DNA from: a bacterium
GTDB lineage: Bacteria > Patescibacteriota > Minisyncoccia > Phycocordibacterales > CAIZLB01
NCBI GenBank assembly: GCA_037142735.1
Contig: JBAXAB010000001.1
Location: forward strand, 36,915 to 100,914
Direction of reading: 5' to 3'
DNA: 64,000 nt
Made by a program: the position numbers and the translations under genes. Below, one piece after another: positions 57,952 to 64,000 of the stretch. Within the stretch, counting starts at the first letter, position 1. Every line of letters begins with the position of its first letter. Below the pieces are notes generated by a model. That model saw nothing but the letters and a program-made list of their open reading frames with translations. It did not search any database and was not told the origin of the DNA.

Positions 57952-58428
57952 ATGAAAACACCCCTCAACTTCATCGAAACCCACGCTTACACGCTCGCCA
58001 TCACGATCGGAGGAAGCGTCATCGCCTGCATCCTCATCGGATGCGTGATGCTCCGGCAAGCCTATATCAAGGCGCAAAGTGCAAAGCGCGCCCGCAAGGA
58101 CGAGCTGGACACAGAAACCGCCGTCTGCGCGGAGCTGCGATACCCAATGCTTCGCGACTCTTACCGCAAAGCGGTCAGCACCAGGCGACGGTTCGACACC
58201 AAATCCCCGATCGCCGACGAGATGTACAACCATCTCAGCGACATCCGGTTCGCGTTCTTCGAAGGAGTCGCTCGCCTCATCGGGCGAGGGGCACCACTCT
58301 ACGTAGACAAATTCCCTCGCGGAGTGTGTCACGTGATCTGGAACACGCTCTTCGGTTGGACCATCCTCCTCACCGGCTGGCTTCACCTCGTTGAAGTCGC
58401 CCGGGCGAAGGAGGTCCAAGCGAGCTGA
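57952..58428 (+). CDS. Membrane-anchored protein (158 aa) in GC-rich island 7.
   Basis: ATG after the A/C-rich leader aaaacaacacaccaccaataccc. TM LAITIGGSVIACILIGCVML, Arg-rich cytoplasmic region, second hydrophobic segment near the C-terminus. Confidence 0.6.
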   Translation: MKTPLNFIETHAYTLAITIGGSVIACILIGCVMLRQAYIKAQSAKRARKDELDTETAVCAELRYPMLRDSYRKAVSTRRRFDTKSPIADEMYNHLSDIRFAFFEGVARLIGRGAPLYVDKFPRGVCHVIWNTLFGWTILLTGWLHLVEVARAKEVQAS

Positions 58429-58454
58429 GAGCAGATCGTCCTGGAAAACCCAAA

Positions 58455-58502
58455 GCCGTCAGGCGCAAGTACCCACTCTTGCCCTGGCGGTTTTCCTTTT
58501 GT
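58455..58502 (+). terminator. Intrinsic terminator of the island 7 gene.
   Basis: Long imperfect hairpin CCGUCAGGCGCAAG..CUUGCCCUGGCGG followed by UUUUCCUUUUGU. Confidence 0.5.
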
Positions 58503-58530
58503 ATACATAATTTATTTTAAGTGACAGCAT

Positions 58531-58572
58531 TTTAAAAACGAACACCCGGCCCTTCGTGAGAAATGCCGGGTG
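58531..58572 (-). terminator. Intrinsic terminator of the pilin gene.
   Basis: Minus strand CACCCGGC..GCCGGGUG followed by UUCGUUUUUAAAAUG. Confidence 0.6.
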
Positions 58573-58617
58573 GTGTGAGTTTGATGGACGCTTGTGAAGC
58601 TGCCGGTCGCCGCCGAG

Positions 58618-59031
58618 TTAGTTGTAGGGCGACCAGAAGCTTGCGGCTGCGGGAGTGTCCTTCGTGACGTCGGCGAACGCTTCGACGGTTGCAGACGAAA
58701 CCTTTGCATGTCGGGTTCCGACGGGCAAGGTGATCGCATGACCGAGGATGTCCACGCCGCCGCTCGAGTAGAGACGCGTGCCGGGTTTGAGGTAGGCCTG
58801 GACGTCCATCCACTTGGGGATGACGCCAGGTTCCTTCGCCGCGAGGGCGTATTGGTCGGCAGCGATGTCAACGAGCCGCAGCTCTTCGATCGTCATGTTC
58901 GCCTGCGAACGCTTGCGGCCACGCAGCCAGTTCGGGACGGCGATGGCGGCGAGCAGGGCGATGATCGCGACGACGATCATGATTTCAACGAGCGTAAAGC
59001 CCGTGCGTTTGGTGTTCAGTTTACGGAGCAT
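58618..59031 (-). CDS. Type IV pilin / pseudopilin (138 aa) in GC-rich island 8.
   Basis: Class III signal and N-terminal helix MLRKLNTKRTGFTLVEIMIVVAIIALLAAIAVPNW (G|FTLVE). ATG directly after caacgcaacatcaaaccaacaccaaacaacacacc. The upstream extension to 59163 is unlikely to be coding. Confidence 0.8.
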   Translation of the reverse strand: MLRKLNTKRTGFTLVEIMIVVAIIALLAAIAVPNWLRGRKRSQANMTIEELRLVDIAADQYALAAKEPGVIPKWMDVQAYLKPGTRLYSSGGVDILGHAITLPVGTRHAKVSSATVEAFADVTKDTPAAASFWSPYN

Positions 59032-59094
59032 GGTGTGTTGTTTGGTGTTGGTTTGATGTTGCGTTGCAGAACGCAGCCAATGCCGTGAGGCGCT

Positions 59095-59142
59095 GGTTGC
59101 GGAATAAAGACAATATAAAAATACAGGCTTTATTCCGCAACC
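59095..59142 (-). promoter_or_regulatory. Perfect 15-bp inverted repeat (GGTTGCGGAATAAAG-N18-CTTTATTCCGCAACC) embedding a TTGCGG-N17-TATATT promoter-like sequence upstream of the pilin leader.
   Basis: Seen directly. Shares the GGTTGCGG word with the sequence after the island 7 palindrome. Confidence 0.5.
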
Positions 59143-59272
59143 ATTCACATATGTGTCCATCAATATTTAAGGAACAATTTATTAAAAATTATCACAGATG
59201 TGGGTAAAGTCAAGTGTGTTGTAACCAGTACACAGGGTAAAAAATAAAGGATCAAGAAAACAATAACAAAAA

Positions 59273-59494
59273 CTATAACCCCCCTACCGATTTAATCTGA
59301 TCAAAACTACTAAGAAAATTTGGAATGGCGAAGAGTAAACCTATTAATGGCAACACAACTGCAAGTACAGTCACAACAAAAGCCCACCATATATATTTTC
59401 GAGTTTTTTCTACAGATACGTAGATCTTCTCAATTTTTTCTTCGAGAGTGGCAAGACGGGATTCGATGGTAGAGTTAGGCTGTGTAGAATTCAT
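59273..59494 (-). CDS. Small membrane protein (73 aa), hypothetical.
   Basis: C-terminal TM WWAFVVTVLAVVLPLIGLLFAI. AT-rich, native-like composition. Confidence 0.45.
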   Translation of the reverse strand: MNSTQPNSTIESRLATLEEKIEKIYVSVEKTRKYIWWAFVVTVLAVVLPLIGLLFAIPNFLSSFDQIKSVGGL

Positions 59495-59525
59495 GTGATT
59501 ATTTTAACATATTTTTTTGGGAAAT

Positions 59526-61154
59526 CTAAGAATTTACCATATCAAGTTCTATAAAGAAACTAGCCCCCTTACCAACCCCTTCAGATTCAGCCCATACCCT
59601 ACCATTATGAGCTTCAACCATTTTTTTAGCTACATAGAGGCCCAGACCTGTACCCATAATGTTAGTTTTTGATGCACCAGGTGCCCTAGTAAATTTTTCG
59701 AACAATCTTGGTAACACATCCGGATTGATTCCAACACCGGTATCAGAAATCGTAATCAATATTTTGTTATTCGGGCTCTTGTTCAACCACACATGTATAG
59801 ACCCCTTCGGTGTGTATTTAATTGAATTGTCTATTATGTTGCCTATGACCTGTTTAATTTTTCCTTGATCAGCATTCACTGTAAAGTTACAGTTGGGCTC
59901 ATAATTGAAATCAATTGATAAATTTGCTCTTTCCAAATTCGGTCTTAATTCAGTAATAACAGTTGCTACCAATTCTTTCATATCAAATTGGCTGAAGTCA
60001 TACTGCATTCTTCCTTGTTCAATTCTAGAAACATCTAAGTAATCACCCACTACTATCACCAAATCTTGAGTCGACTTAAATATCTTATCTACAGCGTCAC
60101 GTACACTGTCTTGTATAGCTCCAAAATCATTATCTAGAAGCATAGACGCGTAGCCTTTTACAGCAGTTAACGGACCCCTTAATTGGTGACTAGCCAAAGA
60201 AACGAATTCTGATTTTTGCTGATCAAGTTCTTTGAGGTGTATATTGGCTTGTTCCAAGTCGTTTGCTAACGATTCGATTTTTTCTCTATTCTTAATTTCT
60301 TTTTGAACGTTTTTTATAAGGAAATATCCTATTAAGAGAGTAAACGCAAAAAGTATTATATTACCTAGTCGTTCATTAAACGATTCACTGGCAAATATTT
60401 TTACAAATACAAATATCCATAACAGAAATGTAAGTATTTCAGTTGCAATAACTCTCACGCTGAACAGGTGATACTTCATAATTGCATAAGAAATAGAAAC
60501 GATCATGACGACCACACCCACTTGCCCCATCCAGTTTAATTCAAAGTAGCCTATATAAGGCAGAAACATATTTGTAGTTAAAGCAATCGACGTCGAAAAC
60601 AACGTGCCTATAAAAATCCACATTATCTGTCTATGTACAACATCTTGAGATTGTTTCCATTTTTTAAAAAGAATTAAGTAGCTAGATCCAAAACAAATAA
60701 TTTGATAGAGGACAAAAAACGTGTGGCCAACTAAATTAAATTTAATGATATTTTCAGACTTAGACATTAAATTAACTCCTTCTATCAGATAGCCTGGAAT
60801 GCTTGTAACAACCAAAATTGCAATAAAAAATAATGGCAATAAAAACTTTTCTGTGTAGGTCAACTTGTAAGACCTGTCTGGAAACGTGCAACATAAATAC
60901 AAAAATATAAACGGTATTACATCAGCAGAAAGATAGAGAAGTTTTGAGAAAAACAACGCAGAAATATTATCAATTGCACCTCTATAGAAAAAAATACTTA
61001 TTCCCCAACCGGCCACTGAAAGAGTTAACAATAAGAAGAAGAGATTACTTACCTCCCTTCTGTTTCGAGAGTAAATGATGAGACCGTAAATTAAGTTCGC
61101 AAGAGCGATTAATATAATCAGTACATTTATTGAATCTAATTTAAAGAATATCAT
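59526..61154 (-). CDS. Sensor histidine kinase with multi-TM sensor domain.
   Basis: ~7 TM N-terminus, HisKA (SLASHQLRGPL), HATPase_c (DTGVGINPDVLPRLFEKF..GTGLGLYVAKKMVEAHNGRVWAES). Confidence 0.9.
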   Translation of the reverse strand: MIFFKLDSINVLIILIALANLIYGLIIYSRNRREVSNLFFLLLTLSVAGWGISIFFYRGAIDNISALFFSKLLYLSADVIPFIFLYLCCTFPDRSYKLTYTEKFLLPLFFIAILVVTSIPGYLIEGVNLMSKSENIIKFNLVGHTFFVLYQIICFGSSYLILFKKWKQSQDVVHRQIMWIFIGTLFSTSIALTTNMFLPYIGYFELNWMGQVGVVVMIVSISYAIMKYHLFSVRVIATEILTFLLWIFVFVKIFASESFNERLGNIILFAFTLLIGYFLIKNVQKEIKNREKIESLANDLEQANIHLKELDQQKSEFVSLASHQLRGPLTAVKGYASMLLDNDFGAIQDSVRDAVDKIFKSTQDLVIVVGDYLDVSRIEQGRMQYDFSQFDMKELVATVITELRPNLERANLSIDFNYEPNCNFTVNADQGKIKQVIGNIIDNSIKYTPKGSIHVWLNKSPNNKILITISDTGVGINPDVLPRLFEKFTRAPGASKTNIMGTGLGLYVAKKMVEAHNGRVWAESEGVGKGASFFIELDMVNS

Positions 61155-62310
61155 CAGTTGATTGAATAATTGATCTTACGGACTCAAGTTTAGCTAATGG
61201 TATTATACCCTTTCTATTTTGATATTGTCCAAGACTAAAACTTAACTTTCTGCCCATTTTAGAAACTTCATCAACAAGATCTAAGGTTGCTTTGTTTATA
61301 ACATAATGTTTATCCCATTCTTCTGCAGATAAAATTAAAAGCTCAGCCATACAGCAAAAATTATCGAATTTGTTCTTCAGCCCAAAGTTAAAATGACTAT
61401 CTATATTTGGTGTGTACACAACACCAGCCTCTATGGTCAAAACATCTCCTCTTTCAAGGACCTCTTCAGCAACATCTGAGGGTTGAGCATCGTCAATAAT
61501 AATGGCACCAGGCTTTACTAAATCATTCGTTATTAACGCTTCAGGTGCGTTAGTGGCAGTAATTATATAATCAGCGCTATAGATATCTTTAACTGTATTA
61601 GTAACTTTTAAATTAACCCTTGGATTAATTTCTAAAATTATTTTCTTCAAACTATCAAATAAGTGATTTTTCCTCTCCAGATCAACCAATGTTATGTTCA
61701 TACACCCGGCCCGGGCCAAAATTTGAGCAGAAGTGGAACCCACAGAACCTGTTGCGCCAACTATAGCAACCTCAATACGATCTTTGTCACTTCCAAAATA
61801 TGCTGCGAGTTCAAAGAAATTTTGGGTTACATTGTAAGCTGTATACGCATGCCCGGTTGTTATATTTATATTTACCTTATCAATTAAATCTAATCCGCCC
61901 TTAGTCAATGAAGAGATAAGCCCTCCTAATCCAACGATTTTTGCCCCTTTCTTCTTCGCCAAGATTAGAGCACGGGTAATATGTTTAAGTGCTAATTTCC
62001 TATTATTTAGCATTTGCTTTGCTGTAAGCAGAACGCTAATAACCCAGCCGTTGATTTCCTTCCCATCTTTCTGGGAAGTAAGACCTGTCACTTTTGACAA
62101 AGTTACTGGCCAAAAGTGACTTAAAACAAATTTTAAAATTGATGCTGGTATAAATTTTGAAAATGGATATTTCCGAGCAAAATCACGATGATCTCTTGGA
62201 TGAACTATAAAGGCGTATGCGTATTCTTTGTTCGATATCCTTCTTTGAGGAAGGATAAGAACGAACAAGTCACCAATCGCTTGGAAAATGCTTCTAAAAC
62301 TTTTTTTCAT
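61141..62310 (-). CDS. NAD(P)-binding oxidoreductase of the acyl-ACP-reductase-like / shikimate-DH-like family.
   Basis: Collinear similarity to cyanobacterial acyl-ACP reductase (FIVHPRD; IVGLGGLISSL; TTGHAYTAYNV; IVGATGSVGSTSAQIL). Overlaps the histidine kinase gene by 14 nt. Adjacent to plsC. Confidence 0.6.
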   Translation of the reverse strand: MKKSFRSIFQAIGDLFVLILPQRRISNKEYAYAFIVHPRDHRDFARKYPFSKFIPASILKFVLSHFWPVTLSKVTGLTSQKDGKEINGWVISVLLTAKQMLNNRKLALKHITRALILAKKKGAKIVGLGGLISSLTKGGLDLIDKVNINITTGHAYTAYNVTQNFFELAAYFGSDKDRIEVAIVGATGSVGSTSAQILARAGCMNITLVDLERKNHLFDSLKKIILEINPRVNLKVTNTVKDIYSADYIITATNAPEALITNDLVKPGAIIIDDAQPSDVAEEVLERGDVLTIEAGVVYTPNIDSHFNFGLKNKFDNFCCMAELLILSAEEWDKHYVINKATLDLVDEVSKMGRKLSFSLGQYQNRKGIIPLAKLESVRSIIQSTDDIL

Positions 62311-62334
62311 TTAACGTCTATTCTAGCTTATAAA

Positions 62335-63030
62335 TTATATAAAGTCTTGTGGTCTTTCTGATAATTTTGCAGTATTTATTTTTATCCTTTCTGTTTCCAT
62401 CTTGTAATAGTCAAGAATTGAAGTGTGTTTTTCATTATCAAATTTTAAATAAATTGGCTCACCAAAGGTTACTGTAATCTTTCTCTTTCTACTAAAAAAT
62501 TCTTTAAATGAAATTCGAAAAGCCCCACTAATAAAAACAGGTATCAGGGGACTGCATGTAGACTCCGACAAATATGCAACCCCACCCTTAAATTCCTTAA
62601 GCTTACCATCTTTTGTTATACCACCCTCTGGAAATATACAAATAGATAAGCCTTTATCTATAAACTCTTTGTGTGCTTTTAACGATTTAGAGTAATCTTG
62701 TTTACCAACTTCAACAGGATATGCGCCCCAGATCTTAAAAAAGGTACTACCGTAAAAAATTTGTCTGAGTCCTGAATTGATATAAAAACTCTTTTCTCTA
62801 GAAGTATAGAATAATGGAAAAAACCTAGAAAAAAATGGGAGTGCAGCTGTTAATATTATTGGATCCATCTCAGAAGTGTGGTTACTTGAGAATATAACAG
62901 GGGAAGAGATATTCCTAAAATTATTTAGGCCCTCAATTTTAAAGTTGACAAACAACAGCAATGTAGCCCTCACAGGAATCCACATTAAAGTTTGAAGTAT
63001 CCAAGGTATAAGGATTCGCGGCTTCAACAT
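62335..63030 (-). CDS. plsC: 1-acyl-sn-glycerol-3-phosphate acyltransferase.
   Basis: HX4D motif NHTSEMD, FPEGG motif. Confidence 0.88.
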   Translation of the reverse strand: MLKPRILIPWILQTLMWIPVRATLLLFVNFKIEGLNNFRNISSPVIFSSNHTSEMDPIILTAALPFFSRFFPLFYTSREKSFYINSGLRQIFYGSTFFKIWGAYPVEVGKQDYSKSLKAHKEFIDKGLSICIFPEGGITKDGKLKEFKGGVAYLSESTCSPLIPVFISGAFRISFKEFFSRKRKITVTFGEPIYLKFDNEKHTSILDYYKMETERIKINTAKLSERPQDFI

Positions 63031-63089
63031 ATTGAATATTTATGTACCACTATTATGGCATAAATATTAGTTTTCTTCAATCCCCCACC

Positions 63090-63584
63090 CTACGCTCTCG
63101 ACGAATACATCAGCGCGAAAACGGCCACAATCAGCATAATCACCGTCCCAGCGGCCGAAGCGACAAACACTTCGACAGACGAAGATAGGTGGTAAAAATC
63201 GGGCAATCCTAATGTCTGAAAAATTAGAACCAAAGATTCTGCAACTAAACCGAGGGAAAGAAAAACTGAATCCAATATTTTATGTAATCCCCTTCTACTA
63301 ATCTCGTACCCGATCAAGCGTTGAATAATGTAAAACATAAAAATATACACTACGAGGAAAAAACCGACTCTGTTCGTAGACGAACCTTCAAAAAAACCTT
63401 TTGGGAAAGCATCCACAAATATACCCCAATGTGTAAATGCCTGATACATCATCACCGCGGGAAAAAATGACAACATAAGACTATATAAAATTTTCCTGCC
63501 TTTAAAAAAAGCTAAAAGTGTCATGACCACTATGACAATACCCAGAGTTAAATTTTCAGGAATGACACTGAGAATGTTTGACAT
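63090..63584 (-). CDS. Hypothetical membrane protein (164 aa, ~4 TM).
   Basis: Hydrophobic helices only. Confidence 0.65.
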   Translation of the reverse strand: MSNILSVIPENLTLGIVIVVMTLLAFFKGRKILYSLMLSFFPAVMMYQAFTHWGIFVDAFPKGFFEGSSTNRVGFFLVVYIFMFYIIQRLIGYEISRRGLHKILDSVFLSLGLVAESLVLIFQTLGLPDFYHLSSSVEVFVASAAGTVIMLIVAVFALMYSSRA

Positions 63585-63699
63585 TAGAAAAATTATAGCA
63601 TGACAACCTTACTTTTTTATACCTGGCTGTGTACAAAAAATCTATATTTCACAAAAAAAATATTGAATAAAATTCACGACGTATTTTATAAAAGCATTT

Positions 63700-64000
63700 T
63701 TACAACCCTTCTCTCTTCAAGTCTTCCAATAAGGCCTTAGCATTTTTTGAAAGCTTATTTGGTATCTCTACTGCAATTTTTAGCATCAAGTCTCCACGCT
63801 TTGGACCTGCACCAATTATAAATCCACGATTTTTTACACGTAACACTTCACCATGACTCACACCAGATGGAACCGATACGGTGACAGGTCCGTCAACGGT
63901 TTCAATTTGTTTGTCGGCCCCTAGTAACGCATCACTAATCTTAATTTTTAAATCACCAATAATATTATGTCCTTCTTTTTTAAAATGAGCGTTCTTTGGC
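63700..64000 (-). CDS. dnaJ: Chaperone DnaJ, C-terminal part (gene continues beyond the window end).
   Basis: The minus-strand frame translates to ..VKIPSGVSHGEVLRVKNRGF..GDLMLKIAVEIPNKLSKNAKALLEDLKREGL*, matching the DnaJ CTD and its terminal region. Confidence 0.85.
   Translation of the reverse strand, partial: PKNAHFKKEGHNIIGDLKIKISDALLGADKQIETVDGPVTVSVPSGVSHGEVLRVKNRGFIIGAGPKRGDLMLKIAVEIPNKLSKNAKALLEDLKREGL

Noticed and set aside
57862-58419. 185-aa minus-strand ORF and three plus-strand ORFs (58041-58394 and others) overlapping the island 7 gene.
   Set aside because: All are alternative frames of the same GC-rich segment. Only the 57952-58428 frame has the leader + ATG context and a TM-helix-containing product.
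58594-59088. 164-aa plus-strand ORF antisense to the pilin gene.
   Set aside because: Antisense frame of a GC-rich gene with no start context. The pilin frame has a canonical class III signal sequence.
1-64000. CRISPR arrays, rRNA genes and tRNA genes.
   Set aside because: No regularly spaced short repeats and no rRNA-like conserved blocks. No cloverleaf-compatible GTTCGA(A/G)TC T-loop contexts were seen on manual scanning. A tRNAscan/Infernal run would be definitive.

Overview
Low-GC bacterial chromosome segment. Gene content (compact genes, short AlaRS/AspRS, a sigma70-region4+HARE-HTH protein, almost no Shine-Dalgarno sites on core genes) is consistent with a Patescibacteria/CPR-like organism; this is inference from the sequence only. 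Core genes are ychF, leuS, mltG, mnmA, pepF, a glycosylation cluster (GT4, polyprenyl sugar-phosphate transferase, epimerase), alaS, the infA-rpmJ-rpsM-rpsK-rpsD-rpoA-rplQ-rplM-rpsI ribosomal block, rplU, recR, dnaB, cysS, a ctpA-like protease, rplI, rpmA, a Pif1-like helicase, asnB, a partial dcw cluster (mraY, ftsW, murG, M23 peptidase), scpAB, aspS, a histidine kinase, plsC and the 3' end of dnaJ. No rRNA, tRNA or CRISPR array was recognised. The most unusual feature is a family of at least nine small, visibly GC-rich islands (GC estimated by eye, not computed) in intergenic gaps on both strands. Each has a sigma70-like promoter, an A/C-rich leader with a shared ACCACCAA-type word directly before the ATG, one or two small ORFs and an intrinsic terminator; cargo includes a type IV pilin, a pentapeptide-repeat protein, membrane proteins and small acidic proteins. 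Two islands (3.6-4.2 kb and 18.46-18.86 kb) are diverged paralogs and may be non-coding. The left edge holds a cassette-like array of three minus-strand accessory genes (unknown, NUDIX, Fic/RhuM), each followed by a ~40-bp direct repeat. An adjacent nuclease gene pair (ATP-cone+Mrr-like and Cas4-like) may be a defence module.
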